A stretch of 64,000 nt of DNA, taken from assembly GCA_051744925.1 (NCBI GenBank), contig JBNJDM010000001.1, forward strand, positions 980-64,979, given 5' to 3'. This DNA is from Thermodesulfobacteriota bacterium (GTDB lineage Bacteria; Desulfobacterota; Desulfobacteria; Desulfobacterales; JACKCP01). Position 1 is the first letter of the stretch. Every line of letters begins with the position of its first letter. A program made the position numbers and the translations under genes. Positions 19,023 to 33,881 of the stretch are shown here, piece after piece. Below the pieces are notes generated by a model. It searched no databases and was not told where the DNA came from. It saw only the letters and a program-made list of their open reading frames with translations.

Positions 19023-19099
19023 GCCCATGTAGCTCAGCTGGCAGAGCGTTTCCTTGGTAAGGAAGAGGTTCGCCGGTTCGAATCCGGCCATGGGCTCCA
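19023..19099 (+). tRNA. tRNA-Thr (anticodon GGT)
   Basis: Acceptor GCCCATG/CATGGGC, anticodon loop TTGGTAA, T-arm GCCGGTTCGAATCCGGC. By hand folding the variable region is one nt longer than usual, so the ends are +/-1. Confidence 0.8.
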
Positions 19100-19148
19100 G
19101 TTAATTTATTATGAAATTTTTTGAAAAGGGTTTAGGAGGGTTAAATAG

Positions 19149-20342
19149 ATGGCTAAACAAAAATTCGAACGTACTAAGCCTCATGTTAACGTTGGAACAA
19201 TTGGTCACATCGACCATGGTAAAACAACTCTAACAGCAGCTATAACAAAAAACTGCTCCCTTAAAGGTTGGGGTGAGAGCATTGATTTTGAAAATATTGA
19301 TAAGGCTCCGGAAGAAAGAGAAAGGGGTATTACAATAGCAACAGCACATGTTGAATATGAATCAGAAAAACGTCACTACGCACATGTTGATTGTCCTGGT
19401 CATGCTGACTATATTAAAAACATGATTACAGGTGCTGCGCAGATGGACGGTTCCATTCTTGTTGTTAGTGCAGATGACGGTCCAATGCCACAGACTCGCG
19501 AGCATATTCTTCTTGCACGTCAGGTTGGTGTTCCTAAGATCGTTGTTTTTCTAAACAAGTGTGATATGGTTGATGATGAAGAGCTTATTGAGCTTGTTGA
19601 AATGGAACTTCAGGAACTTCTTGAAGCTTATGATTTTGATCCGGATGAAACACCAATAGTAAGAGGTAGTGCACTTAAGGCTCTTGAAGCAGACGATGCA
19701 GACTCTGAGGATGTTAACTGCATATGGGAGCTTCTTAAAGCTCTTGATGATACAATTCCCGAACCTGAGCGTCTTGTAGACATGGATTTTCTTATGCCTG
19801 TTGAAGATGTTTTCTCAATTTCAGGTCGTGGTACAGTTGTTACCGGCAGGGTTGAAAGAGGAAAGATCAAGCCTGGTGAAGAAATTGAAATTGTTGGCAT
19901 AAAAGATACTATAAAGACTGTATGTACTGGCGTGGAAATGTTTAGAAAAATTCTGGACGAAGGTCTTGCAGGCGATAACGTAGGGCTTCTTCTTCGTGGT
20001 ACAAAAAGAGATGATGTTGAGCGTGGACAGGTTTGTGCAAAGCCAAAGTCAATTACTCCCCATACAAAATTTATGGCTGAAGTGTATATTCTTAATAAAG
20101 AAGAAGGCGGAAGACATACCCCGTTTTTTACAGGCTACAGACCCCAGTTCTTCTTTAGAACCACAGATGTTACAGGTATATTGAATCTTCCTGAAGGCGT
20201 CGAGATGGTAATGCCTGGTGATAATGTTACAATCAGTGCTGAACTGATAGCTCCTATCGCAATGGAAAAAGAGCTTAGATTCGCTGTAAGAGAAGGCGGA
20301 AGAACAGTTGGAGCTGGTGTTGTAGCGGATATTATTGAGTAG
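19149..20342 (+). CDS. tuf: translation elongation factor Tu
   Basis: [33 protein letters not shown]...DCPGHADY...NKCD; full-length canonical EF-Tu. Confidence 0.97.
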   Translation: MAKQKFERTKPHVNVGTIGHIDHGKTTLTAAITKNCSLKGWGESIDFENIDKAPEERERGITIATAHVEYESEKRHYAHVDCPGHADYIKNMITGAAQMDGSILVVSADDGPMPQTREHILLARQVGVPKIVVFLNKCDMVDDEELIELVEMELQELLEAYDFDPDETPIVRGSALKALEADDADSEDVNCIWELLKALDDTIPEPERLVDMDFLMPVEDVFSISGRGTVVTGRVERGKIKPGEEIEIVGIKDTIKTVCTGVEMFRKILDEGLAGDNVGLLLRGTKRDDVERGQVCAKPKSITPHTKFMAEVYILNKEEGGRHTPFFTGYRPQFFFRTTDVTGILNLPEGVEMVMPGDNVTISAELIAPIAMEKELRFAVREGGRTVGAGVVADIIE

Positions 20343-20362
20343 TCTTACAAAGGGGGTGTCCG

Positions 20363-20512
20363 GTGAGAGTAAATATTACATTAGCATGCACAGAATGTAA
20401 GCAGAGAAATTACACAAATACCAAGAACAAACGGACAACTCCAGATAAACTAGAGTTTCGTAAGTTTTGCAAGTTTTGCGGTAAACACACACCGCATAAA
20501 GAAACTAAATAG
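20363..20512 (+). CDS. rpmG: 50S ribosomal protein L33
   Basis: Not in the ORF track (49 aa). GTG start after GGGGG. Hand translation [49 protein letters not shown] is the L33 zinc-ribbon pattern in the conserved position after tuf. Confidence 0.85.
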   Translation: MRVNITLACTECKQRNYTNTKNKRTTPDKLEFRKFCKFCGKHTPHKETK

Positions 20513-20546
20513 AAGCTAAGCTGTCTTTTAAAGGCAGCTTTAATGC

Positions 20547-20622
20547 AGGCCAGTAGCTCCAACGGCAGAGCAACGGACTCCAAATCCGAAGGCTGGGGGT
20601 TCGAATCCCTCCTGGCCTGCCA
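20547..20622 (+). tRNA. tRNA-Trp (anticodon CCA)
   Basis: AGGCCAGTAGCTCCAACGGCAGAGCAACGGACTCCAAATCCGAAGGCTGGGGGTTCGAATCCCTCCTGGCCTGCCA, with anticodon loop CTCCAAA. It sits in the conserved position between rpmG and secE. Confidence 0.85.
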
Positions 20623-20655
20623 TTTTTTTTGTTTATATGGAGTAGGTGTATATAT

Positions 20656-20994
20656 ATGGGGCGGTTGCATCAAAAAAAATCTGATCAGGAAAAAAGAGAG
20701 AAGAAAAAAAAACTTCAGGAAGAAAAATCTGAACTGACAGAAAAAAATAAAAAAGCTCCGGTGCAGACTAAGAAAAAAGAAAAAACCGGTGTAAAAAAAG
20801 ATAATTTTTTTCATAAATCTGTAGAATTTGTAAAAGAGGCCAGAGGTGAGCTTAAGAGAGTGGTTTGGCCGGGACGTAAACAGACCGTAGCATCAACAGT
20901 CATGGTTATTGTTTTTGTAATGATCATAGCATCATTCCTTGGCCTGGCGGATTTCATTTTTTCCGGTCTGATGTCGCTGATCCTCCGGTCATAA
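20656..20994 (+). CDS. secE: preprotein translocase subunit SecE with Lys-rich N-terminal extension
   Basis: The C-terminal core FVKEARGELKRVVWPGRKQTVASTVMVIVFVMIIASFLGLADFIF is canonical SecE. ATG 20656 (after GGAGTAGG) is preferred to the TTG at 20629. Confidence 0.8.
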   Translation: MGRLHQKKSDQEKREKKKKLQEEKSELTEKNKKAPVQTKKKEKTGVKKDNFFHKSVEFVKEARGELKRVVWPGRKQTVASTVMVIVFVMIIASFLGLADFIFSGLMSLILRS

Positions 20995-21009
20995 AAGTAG
21001 GGGGTAATA

Positions 21010-21543
21010 TTGTCGGCCTTTCAGTGGTTTATAGTACATGTATACTCAGGTTATGAAAACCGGGTTAAAGTAACTTTGGAAGAAAAAATATCTGCATCGC
21101 CTTTAAAAGATTATTTTAAAGAGATTGTTGTTCCTACAGAGACTGTAGTTGAGCTTGTTAAAGGCAAGAAAAAAGAATCATCCAGAAAATTTTATCCTGG
21201 ATATATACTTATTAATATGAAGCTCACTGATGCAACCTGGCACCTTGTCAGCAGTGCATCTAAGGTTACGGGTTTTCTGGGCAGCAGAAATAAGCCGACT
21301 CCTTTGAGTGAAAAGGAAGTCGAGTCAATTCTCCAGAGAGTGGAGGAAGGTAAAGAAAAGCCTCTTCCAAAATACTACTTTGAATCTGGTGATGAAGTCA
21401 GAGTTGTTGACGGTCCCTTTACAAATTTTAACGGAACAGTTGAAGAAGTTAATCCTGAAAAGGGTAAGATAAAAGTTTTTGTAAGTATTTTCGGCCGTTC
21501 TACACCAGTTGAGCTCGATTTTGTTCAGGTAAAAAAATTGTGA
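21010..21543 (+). CDS. nusG: transcription termination/antitermination factor NusG
   Basis: [15 protein letters not shown] at the N terminus and the KOW motif [21 protein letters not shown]; TTG start. Confidence 0.93.
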   Translation: MSAFQWFIVHVYSGYENRVKVTLEEKISASPLKDYFKEIVVPTETVVELVKGKKKESSRKFYPGYILINMKLTDATWHLVSSASKVTGFLGSRNKPTPLSEKEVESILQRVEEGKEKPLPKYYFESGDEVRVVDGPFTNFNGTVEEVNPEKGKIKVFVSIFGRSTPVELDFVQVKKL

Positions 21544-21569
21544 TATTTTAAATATTTGGGAGTTTTGTG

Positions 21570-21995
21570 ATGGCAAAGAAAGTAATGGCGCAAATTAAGC
21601 TGCAGGTTCAGGCGGGGAAAGCAAATCCATCCCCTCCGATAGGTCCTGCACTTGGTCAGCATGGCGTAAATATAATGGATTTTTGTAAGGCATTTAATGC
21701 CAGAACTCAAGACGATGCCGGAATGATTATACCTGTTGTAATAACAGTTTATCAGGACAGGACATTTACCTTTATTACAAAAACTCCTCCTGCAGCTGTT
21801 CTTTTAAGAAAAGCCCTTAAAATAGATAAAGGTTCGTCTGAGCCTAATAAAACTAAGGTTGGTAAAATTAAGCGTTCCCAGCTTGAAGAAATAGCTCAGC
21901 TTAAAATGCAGGATTTGAATGCTCATGATATCAATGCAGCTGTAAAAATTATTTCAGGCACGGCAAGGAGCATGGGTATAGAAGTTGTAAAATAA
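21570..21995 (+). CDS. rplK: 50S ribosomal protein L11
   Basis: [43 protein letters not shown]. Confidence 0.95.
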   Translation: MAKKVMAQIKLQVQAGKANPSPPIGPALGQHGVNIMDFCKAFNARTQDDAGMIIPVVITVYQDRTFTFITKTPPAAVLLRKALKIDKGSSEPNKTKVGKIKRSQLEEIAQLKMQDLNAHDINAAVKIISGTARSMGIEVVK

Positions 21996-22014
21996 AATTT
22001 GAGGGAATGGGAAA

Positions 22015-22722
22015 ATGCCTAAGCGCGGAAAAAAATACTTGGAATCAGTTGAAAAAATTGATCCGGAAAAAATATATTCGTTAGATGAAGGGTTAAAGCT
22101 TGCTCTTGAGACTTCATATGCTAATTTTGACGAAACAGTAGATGTTGCAGTCAAGCTTGGTGTAGATCCAAGACACGCTGACCAAATGGTTAGAGGTTCA
22201 GTTGTTCTTCCCAACGGTACTGGAAAAGAAGTAAGTGTTCTTGTTTTTGCCAGAGGCGATAAAGCCAAAGAAGCAGAAGATGCAGGAGCCGATTTTGTAG
22301 GTGCTGAAGAACTAGCTGATAAAATTCAGGGCGGATGGCTCGATTTTGATAAAGCAATTGCAACTCCTGATATGATGGCTGTTGTTGGTAAGCTTGGTAA
22401 GGTTCTTGGCCCCAGAGGTTTGATGCCGAACCCGAAAAGCGGAACAGTAACAATGGATGTAGGTAAAGCAGTTGATGAAATGAAGGCTGGTAAAATTGAG
22501 TTCAGGGTTGAAAAAGCAGGTATAATTCATGCTGCTGTTGGTAAAAAATCTTTTGGCCAGGATAAGCTTGTTGAAAATATCAAGTCTTTTCTGGATACAA
22601 TTCAAAAGCTTAAACCGGCATCAAGCAAAGGGACTTATTTTAAAAGTTTTGCTTTATCAACAACCATGGGGCCCGGAGTTAAAGTAGATACTGCAGATAT
22701 AAAAGAAGTATTAAAATTATAA
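22015..22722 (+). CDS. rplA: 50S ribosomal protein L1
   Basis: [10 protein letters not shown]...[32 protein letters not shown]. Confidence 0.95.
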   Translation: MPKRGKKYLESVEKIDPEKIYSLDEGLKLALETSYANFDETVDVAVKLGVDPRHADQMVRGSVVLPNGTGKEVSVLVFARGDKAKEAEDAGADFVGAEELADKIQGGWLDFDKAIATPDMMAVVGKLGKVLGPRGLMPNPKSGTVTMDVGKAVDEMKAGKIEFRVEKAGIIHAAVGKKSFGQDKLVENIKSFLDTIQKLKPASSKGTYFKSFALSTTMGPGVKVDTADIKEVLKL

Positions 22723-22729
22723 AAAAATT

Positions 22730-22850
22730 ACTGTCAAAGACAGTAGGTACACATTAATTTGTGTATAAACGGCTATGCCGGCCTACCGAGGCGGTTGGAA
22801 TTGTTTTGGTTTCGGCTGGCACCTCTGTTGTTATTTTTTAAGAAAGGAGG
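22730..22850 (+). promoter_or_regulatory. rplJ 5' leader, candidate L10/L12 autoregulatory RNA
   Basis: The 139-nt spacer is unusually GC-rich for this genome. It has hairpins CTGTC-AAA-GACAG and TACACA-TTAATT-TGTGTA plus a GC-rich segment GCCGGCCTACCGAGGCGG...GGTTTCGGCTGGC. The functional call rests on the conserved position only. Confidence 0.3.
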
Positions 22851-22861
22851 TGTAGAAGAAG

Positions 22862-23383
22862 ATGAATAGAACGCAAAAAGCTAATGTAGCTAAAGAACTT
22901 CATGATTGTCTTGGGTCTTCAAGTATTGCAATACTTGCTGACTATAAAGGCGTTGATGTTGAAGGAATGAATTTACTCAGAAAAGAGCTGAAAGATTCAG
23001 ATGCCAGGCTTCAGGTTGTAAAAAATACTTTATTGAGAAGAGCTTCTGAAGGTACTCATGCCGCAGAACTTGCAGATTATTTTACCGGTCCTAATTCTAT
23101 TACTACCACAGAAACAGACCCTGTTTCGCCTGCAAAAATTCTTACTAAGTTTGCTGAGAAATACAACAAGTTTGAACTTAAGGCAGCAGTGCTGGACGGC
23201 AAAATTCTAAGTGCTGAAGAGATTACTGCTCTGTCCAAACTGCCGTCCAGAGATATTCTGCTTAGTCAGTTCCTTTCAGTGCTCAATGCTGTCCCAACAG
23301 GCCTTGTAACTGTACTTAGCGGAGTTCAGAGAGATTTTGTCAACGTTGTTAATGCAATAAAAGACAAAAAAGAAAATGAATAA
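22862..23383 (+). CDS. rplJ: 50S ribosomal protein L10
   Basis: MNRTQKANVAKELHDCL...ILADYKGVDVEGMNLLRKEL... Confidence 0.95.
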   Translation: MNRTQKANVAKELHDCLGSSSIAILADYKGVDVEGMNLLRKELKDSDARLQVVKNTLLRRASEGTHAAELADYFTGPNSITTTETDPVSPAKILTKFAEKYNKFELKAAVLDGKILSAEEITALSKLPSRDILLSQFLSVLNAVPTGLVTVLSGVQRDFVNVVNAIKDKKENE

Positions 23384-23421
23384 TTTTATATATAAATCAA
23401 ATATTTAGGAGTTTATAGAAA

Positions 23422-23805
23422 ATGGCTGAAATTACAAAAGAAGATGTAATTGAATTTCTTTCTAATCTTACAGTGCTTGAACTTTCAGAGCTTGTAAAAG
23501 AACTTGAAGAAAAATTTGGTGTTTCTGCGGCTGCTCCGGTTGCTGCAATGCCTGCTGGAATGCCTGCAGAAGGCGGCGAAGCTGCTGAAGAAAAAACAGA
23601 GTTTGACGTTGTTCTCAAGTCAGCCGGCGACAAGAAAATCAATGTTATTAAAGAAGTAAGAAAGATAACAGGTCTCGGACTTAAAGAAGCAAAAGCTCTT
23701 GTAGAAGAAGTACCGAAGCCGGTTAAAGAAGGTATTGCAAAAGAAGATGCTGAAAAAATCAAGGAAGAACTTGAAGCAGCAGGTGCAGAAATAGAACTTA
23801 AGTAG
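23422..23805 (+). CDS. rplL: 50S ribosomal protein L7/L12
   Basis: [20 protein letters not shown]...[24 protein letters not shown]... Confidence 0.95.
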   Translation: MAEITKEDVIEFLSNLTVLELSELVKELEEKFGVSAAAPVAAMPAGMPAEGGEAAEEKTEFDVVLKSAGDKKINVIKEVRKITGLGLKEAKALVEEVPKPVKEGIAKEDAEKIKEELEAAGAEIELK

Positions 23806-23824
23806 TTCACAAAGTAAAATTTTT

Positions 23825-23867
23825 TTACGGAACCTGTCCTGTTTTAAGGAAGGTTCCGTAATTTATT
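23825..23867 (+). terminator. hairpin attenuator/terminator between rplL and rpoB
   Basis: TTACGGAACCT...AGGTTCCGTAA inverted repeat (11-bp arms) followed by TTTATT, at the classical rplL-rpoB attenuator position. Confidence 0.6.
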
Positions 23868-23952
23868 ACTGCAGTTTGAAATATTGATCACATTTCAAAG
23901 AAGTACGAAAAATTCTGTATTTTATTAAATACTAAATCCATATGGAGTAGCC

Positions 23953-28053
<4,101 letters not shown>

Positions 28054-28065
28054 GGAGGGTATAAA

Positions 28066-31000
28066 GTGGATTCAATATATGATTTTTTTGCAAAACCCAC
28101 TGATCCCAAAAGCTATGAGGGAGTTCAGGTATCACTTGCCTCCCCTGAAGCGATCAGGGAATGGTCCCATGGCGAGATAACAAAGCCTGAGACAATAAAT
28201 TACAGAACATTCAAACCTGAAAGAGACGGTCTTTTCTGCGCAAAAATATTCGGGCCGACCAAGGATTATGAATGTAACTGCGGAAAATATAAAAGAATGA
28301 AGCACCGCGGAGTAATATGTGAAAAATGCGGTGTTGAGGTGATTCAGTCCAAGGTAAGAAGAGACAGAATGGCTCATATAGAGCTTATTACATCTGTTTC
28401 CCATATATGGTTCCTCAAGAGTCTTCCAAGTAAAATTGGAAACCTTCTTGATCTGACTTTGAAAAACCTTGAAAAAGTACTCTATTTTGACTGCTATATA
28501 GTTCTTGATCCAAAAGATACCGGTCTCAAGAAAATGCAGCTTCTTTCAGATGAAAAATATCATGAAGCTCTTGAACTTTACGGTTATGGATCATTTGAAG
28601 CAGGAATAGGTGCTGAATCTATTAAAAAACTTCTCTCAGAGCTTAATCTTGAAGAGATATATTCAGATCTTAAGGAAGAGATAAAACAGACTAATTCTGT
28701 GGCAAAAAAACAGAAAATTGCCAAAAGAATGAAGATTGTTGATGCCTTCAGAAGGTCAGGAATCAATCCTGAGTGGATGGTAATGGAAGTTGTTCCGATA
28801 CTTCCGCCTGACTTACGACCACTTGTTCCTCTTGAGGGCGGAAGGTTTGCAACTTCAGATTTAAATGATCTTTACAGAAGGGTAATAAACAGGAACAACA
28901 GACTTAAGCGTCTTGTTGAACTGAATGCCCCTGATATAATAGTAAGAAATGAAAAAAGGATGCTGCAGGAATCTGTTGATGTTCTTTTTGACAACGGCAG
29001 ACACGGAAGGGTTGTTACAGGTTCAAACAAAAGACCTCTAAAATCGCTTTCTGATACACTTAAAGGTAAGCAGGGCCGTTTCAGGCAGAACCTTCTTGGT
29101 AAGCGTGTCGACTATTCAGGACGTTCTGTTATAGTTGCAGGTCCCGGTCTGAGACTACATCAGTGTGGTATTCCTAAAAAAATGGCTCTGGAACTTTTTA
29201 AGCCTTTTATTTATCACCACCTGGAGCAAAAAGGGATTGTCTCAACAGTAAAAAGCGCCAAGAAAATGGTCGAAAAAGAGACACCTGAAGTATGGGATAC
29301 TCTTGAAGAGGTTGTAAATGAATATCCGGTAATGCTTAACAGAGCGCCTACTCTCCACAGGATGGGTATTCAGGCTTTTGAGCCTGTACTTATAGAAGGT
29401 AAAGCTATAAGGCTCCACCCCCTTGTTTGTACTGCTTTTAACGCAGATTTTGACGGTGACCAGATGGCGGTTCATCTGCCTCTTTCCATAGAGTCTCATA
29501 TTGAAGCAAGAGTGCTTATGCTTTCGAGCAATAACATTCTTTCTCCGGCAAACGGTTCGCCTATTATTGTTCCGACTCAGGATATAGTCCTTGGTCTTTA
29601 CTATCTGACCATGGAGATAAAGGGTGACAAAGGTGAAGGAACTGTATTTTCTTCCGTTGATGAAGTTCGTGTAGCATATGATTCCGGTAATATTGGTATG
29701 CATGCCGGTGTTACCGTAAGAATGAGGGACGGAAAAAAATATAAAACAACTGTAGGTAAGGTTATGCTTTGGGAAGTAATTCCCGAAGATGCAGTTCTTA
29801 CAATGAAACATATTAAGGTTTCTTCAGATAAAGAAGCAGAAGAGATTGTTAAGTTGGTTGAGTCAGGCAGCTCAACTTTTGATAAAGCTGCATCTAAATA
29901 TTCAGTGAGCAGCGCAAGTGAAACAGATCATCTCCTTGGTAAGCTTTCATCAAGAGAGTTTAAAAATCAGTTTTCACTTAAGTACGGAGATCTGACTGAA
30001 CTGTTTAAAAAGGACTCAGGTGATACAGCCGGACCTTATTTTGACGGTAAATTTTATCATATATTCGATATTCAGGAAAGAGAAGACGGAGTTCCTTTTG
30101 ATATCGTAAATCAGCAGATGAATAAAAAGAATGTAAAAGATCTCATCGATTATACATACAGATACACAGGAACCAAGAATACAGTTCTGCTTGCTGACCG
30201 TCTTAAGGATCTCGGTTATGAAATGGGTACCATAGGTGGTCTTTCCATTTCAATTAATGATATGATTATTCCAGAAGATAAATGGGATATTATTCACAGC
30301 TCCGAAGATAAGGTAAACGAGATTAACAGGCAGTATACTGAAGGTCTTATAACCCAGGGTGAAAAGTACAATAAAGTTGTGGATATCTGGGCAAAAACCA
30401 CAGATGATATTGCAGAGGCTATGATGAGTTATATGAACAAGCCTCCTGTAATTGAAAGTGGTGAAGATTTCAAAGATCCTATGGTCGGACGAATGAATGC
30501 TATATATATGATGGCAGACTCAGGTGCCAGGGGTAGTAAGGATCAGATGAGACAGCTTGCCGGTATGAGGGGTCTTATGGCCAAGCCTTCCGGTGAAATT
30601 ATTGAAACTCCTATTACTGCCAACTTCCGTGAAGGTCTTTCAGTTCTTCAGTATTTTACTTCAACTCACGGTGCCAGAAAAGGCCTTGCTGATACTGCTC
30701 TTAAAACTGCAAACTCAGGATATCTTACAAGGCGTCTTGCAGATGTTGCCCAGGATTGTATGGTTACAGAAGATGACTGCGGAACAAGGCTCGGTATTGA
30801 AATTGAGCCGCTAACCGAAAGTGGTGAAGTGATTCAGGATCTTGGCGAAAGAATTCTTGGAAGGGTGGCATCTGAAGATATACTCGATCCTGTGACAGAC
30901 AATGTTGTAATTAAAGCAGGCGATGAAATTAACGAAAAAGATGTAGCTGCAATAGACGACGCAGGTATTAAGAAATTAAGGATCAGATCTGTTCTTACAT

Positions 31001-32457
31001 GCCAGGCTGAAGACGGTGTCTGTGCTTCTTGTTACGGAAGAGACCTTGCTCTTGGTAAAAAAGTAGAGGTTGGTGAAGCCGTAGGTATTCTTTCCGCTCA
31101 GTCAATAGGGGAGCCGGGTACCCAGCTTACAATGAGAACTTTTCATATAGGCGGTACTGCAAGTCAGAAAGTTGAGCAGGCAGATATCAAAGCCAAGGCT
31201 GAAGGTACTATAAAGTTTGAGGGAATAAATTACGTTACCAATGCCGAAGGTCAGAGCGTTGTAATGAACAGAAGGGGCGGAGAATTTATTATTGTAGGAG
31301 AAAGCGGAAGAGAGCTCGAAAGAAACCGGGTAATCTATGGCGCGACACTACATGTTAATGACGGACAGAAAGTTAAAGGCGGAGATACTCTTGCTGTATG
31401 GGATCCGTTCACCACCCCTATTATTACAGAAGTTTCCGGTGTTGTAAAATTTGAAGATATAGTATCCGGTAAAACAGTTGCAGAACAGATTGACCCGGTA
31501 ACAGGAAAAGCAAGCCGAACAGTTGCTGATCATAAAACAACGGAATTCAGACCGAGAATTACTTTGAAAGATTCCAATGGAAAAGGAGTAAGACTTCCCG
31601 ACGGAAGTGACTACGCAAGATATTCACTTCCTGTTGGAGCTGTTCTTATGGCTGAGGAAGGTGATGAGGTTTTTGCAGGTGATGTTATTGCAAAACTTCC
31701 AAGAGCAACTACCAAAACCAAGGATATTACAGGTGGTCTGCCAAGAGTTGCTGAATTGTTTGAAATCAGAAAACCGAAGGAAACAGCAATTTTATCCGAA
31801 ATTGACGGTTATATAACTGTTTCAAGAGGAACAAAAGGCAAGCATAAAGTTATTGTTACTCCTGTAGATGTCGGAGAAAAGAAAGAGTATCTTATAACAA
31901 GGAGCAAGCAGCTCAATGTTTATGAGGGCGATTATGTAAGAGCTGGAGAAGCTCTCTGCGGAGGAGATATTAATCCCCAGGATATTTTGAATATCAAGGG
32001 AGAGATAGAACTTGCGAAGTATCTTCTAAATGAGGTTCAGGAGGTATACAGACTTCAGGGTGTTAAGATAAATGATAAGCATATAGAAGTTATTGTGCGT
32101 CAGATGATGAGAATGGTTAAAGTTGTAGATCCTGGTGATACAGATTTTATTGTGGAAGAGCAGATAGAAAGAAAAACTTTTGAACATGCCAATGCACAGG
32201 CTGTAGCAAGAGGTGAAATGCCGGCTCAGGGTGACCCGCTGATTCTTGGAATAACAAAAGCATCACTTTCAACAGACAGTTTCATATCTGCTGCATCTTT
32301 TCAGGAAACAACCAGGGTACTTACAGAAGCAAGTATCGCAGGAAAGGTTGACAGTCTAAAAGGTCTTAAGGAAAACGTAATTATGGGTCGACTGATTCCT
32401 GCGGGTACAGGAAAGAAAATGTACTGGGAAACAGATGTAGAAGCGGTTGAAGAATAA
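28066..32457 (+). CDS. rpoC: DNA-directed RNA polymerase subunit beta-prime, with lineage-specific insertion
   Basis: GTG start after GGAGG. Contains a zinc-finger [23 protein letters not shown], the catalytic [12 protein letters not shown], the bridge-helix and trigger-loop regions, and an SI3-like insert. 1463 aa. Confidence 0.97.
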   Translation: MDSIYDFFAKPTDPKSYEGVQVSLASPEAIREWSHGEITKPETINYRTFKPERDGLFCAKIFGPTKDYECNCGKYKRMKHRGVICEKCGVEVIQSKVRRDRMAHIELITSVSHIWFLKSLPSKIGNLLDLTLKNLEKVLYFDCYIVLDPKDTGLKKMQLLSDEKYHEALELYGYGSFEAGIGAESIKKLLSELNLEEIYSDLKEEIKQTNSVAKKQKIAKRMKIVDAFRRSGINPEWMVMEVVPILPPDLRPLVPLEGGRFATSDLNDLYRRVINRNNRLKRLVELNAPDIIVRNEKRMLQESVDVLFDNGRHGRVVTGSNKRPLKSLSDTLKGKQGRFRQNLLGKRVDYSGRSVIVAGPGLRLHQCGIPKKMALELFKPFIYHHLEQKGIVSTVKSAKKMVEKETPEVWDTLEEVVNEYPVMLNRAPTLHRMGIQAFEPVLIEGKAIRLHPLVCTAFNADFDGDQMAVHLPLSIESHIEARVLMLSSNNILSPANGSPIIVPTQDIVLGLYYLTMEIKGDKGEGTVFSSVDEVRVAYDSGNIGMHAGVTVRMRDGKKYKTTVGKVMLWEVIPEDAVLTMKHIKVSSDKEAEEIVKLVESGSSTFDKAASKYSVSSASETDHLLGKLSSREFKNQFSLKYGDLTELFKKDSGDTAGPYFDGKFYHIFDIQEREDGVPFDIVNQQMNKKNVKDLIDYTYRYTGTKNTVLLADRLKDLGYEMGTIGGLSISINDMIIPEDKWDIIHSSEDKVNEINRQYTEGLITQGEKYNKVVDIWAKTTDDIAEAMMSYMNKPPVIESGEDFKDPMVGRMNAIYMMADSGARGSKDQMRQLAGMRGLMAKPSGEIIETPITANFREGLSVLQYFTSTHGARKGLADTALKTANSGYLTRRLADVAQDCMVTEDDCGTRLGIEIEPLTESGEVIQDLGERILGRVASEDILDPVTDNVVIKAGDEINEKDVAAIDDAGIKKLRIRSVLTCQAEDGVCASCYGRDLALGKKVEVGEAVGILSAQSIGEPGTQLTMRTFHIGGTASQKVEQADIKAKAEGTIKFEGINYVTNAEGQSVVMNRRGGEFIIVGESGRELERNRVIYGATLHVNDGQKVKGGDTLAVWDPFTTPIITEVSGVVKFEDIVSGKTVAEQIDPVTGKASRTVADHKTTEFRPRITLKDSNGKGVRLPDGSDYARYSLPVGAVLMAEEGDEVFAGDVIAKLPRATTKTKDITGGLPRVAELFEIRKPKETAILSEIDGYITVSRGTKGKHKVIVTPVDVGEKKEYLITRSKQLNVYEGDYVRAGEALCGGDINPQDILNIKGEIELAKYLLNEVQEVYRLQGVKINDKHIEVIVRQMMRMVKVVDPGDTDFIVEEQIERKTFEHANAQAVARGEMPAQGDPLILGITKASLSTDSFISAASFQETTRVLTEASIAGKVDSLKGLKENVIMGRLIPAGTGKKMYWETDVEAVEE
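29791..30087 (+). other. parvulin (PpiC-type rotamase)-like domain inserted in-frame in rpoC
   Basis: About 99 codons lie between ...[13 protein letters not shown] and [14 protein letters not shown], segments that are contiguous in E. coli beta-prime. The inserted sequence is [61 protein letters not shown]...[19 protein letters not shown]. It follows the parvulin pattern H-I-x-V ... F-x-x-x-A-x-K-x-S ... L-G ... F ... G-x-x-x-x-x-F-Y-H-I-x-x-I. Confidence 0.6.
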
Positions 32458-32550
32458 AATAAAAAGGCTTTCTGAACGTCAGCTGCTTTAATTTAATTTG
32501 TTCTCAGCCGGAATTATTTTTATAAGTTGTTCTAAATATTTAAATAAAAC

Positions 32551-32579
32551 TTGACCCTTTGAAGCTGTTAATTTATATA
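32551..32579 (+). promoter_or_regulatory. candidate sigma70-type promoter of the rpsL operon
   Basis: TTGACC (32551-32556), a 17-nt spacer, then TATATA (32574-32579), 42 nt upstream of the rpsL ATG. Pattern match only. Confidence 0.4.
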
Positions 32580-32621
32580 TAAATGATTTTGTCAAGATTA
32601 GGTAAAGGAGGAAAGTGATAG

Positions 32622-32993
32622 ATGCCAACTATTAACCAGTTAATACGTAAGGGTAGGAAGCGGACTGCTCAGAAAAACAGCACTCCTGCTTTGAAAGGCG
32701 GCCCCCAGAAAAGGGGAGTTTGCACCCGCGTCTTTACGTCTACCCCGAAAAAGCCGAACTCGGCGCTGAGAAAAGTCGCCAGGGTAAGGCTTACAACAGG
32801 TATTGAGGTTACAGCCTATATTCCTGGTATAGGGCATAACCTTCAGGAGCATTCTGTTGTACTTGTGAGGGGAGGTCGTGTAAAAGACCTTCCGGGTGTC
32901 AGGTATCACATTGTTAGAGGTGCTCTTGATACATTAGGTGTAGAGGATCGTAAACAGGGTAGGTCCAAGTATGGTACAAAAAGGCCTAAATAA
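32622..32993 (+). CDS. rpsL: 30S ribosomal protein S12
   Basis: [13 protein letters not shown]...[17 protein letters not shown]... Confidence 0.97.
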   Translation: MPTINQLIRKGRKRTAQKNSTPALKGGPQKRGVCTRVFTSTPKKPNSALRKVARVRLTTGIEVTAYIPGIGHNLQEHSVVLVRGGRVKDLPGVRYHIVRGALDTLGVEDRKQGRSKYGTKRPK

Positions 32994-33031
32994 ATTTTAA
33001 GAGTAAAATTTTTAAGGAAAAGAGATTTATA

Positions 33032-33502
33032 ATGCCGAGAAGAAGAGAAATTCCGAAACGCAAAGTTAAACCAGATTCAAGGTATAATAACGAACTTGTT
33101 TCCAGGTTTATAAACAAAATTATGCTGGACGGGAAAAAAAGTGTTGCAGAAAGAGTTGTTTATTCGGCGTTGGATCTTGTGGGAGAAAAAACAGGTGAAC
33201 CTGCTATAGAAGTATTTCAGCGGGCCATGGACAATGTAAGACCTTTTGTTGAGGTTAAGTCACGTCGTGTAGGCGGGTCCACATATCAGGTTCCAACCGA
33301 GATAAGACCACCCAGGCAGACAGCATTGGCCATGAGATGGTTAATTAATTTTTCAAAATCAAGATCTGAACAAGGTATGCCTAAAAAGCTGGCTGCAGAA
33401 TTTGTTGATGCAGCAAACAGCAGAGGCTCATCTGTTAAGAAAAGAGAAGATACCCACAGAATGGCTGAAGCAAACAAGGCTTTTGCTCATTATCGCTGGT
33501 AG
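33032..33502 (+). CDS. rpsG: 30S ribosomal protein S7
   Basis: [40 protein letters not shown]... Confidence 0.97.
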   Translation: MPRRREIPKRKVKPDSRYNNELVSRFINKIMLDGKKSVAERVVYSALDLVGEKTGEPAIEVFQRAMDNVRPFVEVKSRRVGGSTYQVPTEIRPPRQTALAMRWLINFSKSRSEQGMPKKLAAEFVDAANSRGSSVKKREDTHRMAEANKAFAHYRW

Positions 33503-33558
33503 GGTGTTGTGAGATTGTTAATGCCGGTAAGCTAATCGGAAAAGCGAGAGATTAAATT

Positions 33559-33864
33559 ATGGAAACCAAGATTAGAATAAGGTTGCGGGCTTATGATCAC
33601 AAGCTGTTGGATCAGTCGGCTCTGGACATTGTAGACACCGCCAGAAAAACTGGAGCACAGGTTGTCGGACCGATTCCACTGCCAACTAAACTGAACAAGT
33701 TTTGTGTTTTAAGATCTCCCCATGTGAATAAAAAATCACGGGAGCAATTTGAAATCAGAACCCACAAAAGGCTGTTGGATATTCTTGAGCCGACGCAGCA
33801 GACAGTAGATGCTTTGATGAAGCTTGATCTGTCTCCTGGCGTAGATGTGGAAATTAAACTTTAG
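33559..33864 (+). CDS. rpsJ: 30S ribosomal protein S10
   Basis: [39 protein letters not shown]... Confidence 0.97.
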   Translation: METKIRIRLRAYDHKLLDQSALDIVDTARKTGAQVVGPIPLPTKLNKFCVLRSPHVNKKSREQFEIRTHKRLLDILEPTQQTVDALMKLDLSPGVDVEIKL

Positions 33865-33881
33865 GTCGGGGATTTTAAGTT

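Noticed and set aside
18702-19091. 129-aa minus-strand ORF spanning the three tRNA genes
   Set aside because: It is the reverse complement of tRNA-Thr/Gly/Thr; the repeated LCQLSY strings are translated tRNA arms.
20410-20814. 134-aa minus-strand ORF and 64-aa plus-strand ORF (20543-20737) over tRNA-Trp and the secE 5' region
   Set aside because: They overlap tRNA-Trp and the poly-A/poly-T tract of the secE extension; the Phe/Lys homopolymer translations are artefacts.
23397-23810. 137-aa minus-strand ORF (Ser/Ala-rich) exactly antisense to rplL
   Set aside because: It is a mirror ORF of a highly expressed, codon-biased gene with a low-complexity translation. rplL on the plus strand is unambiguous.
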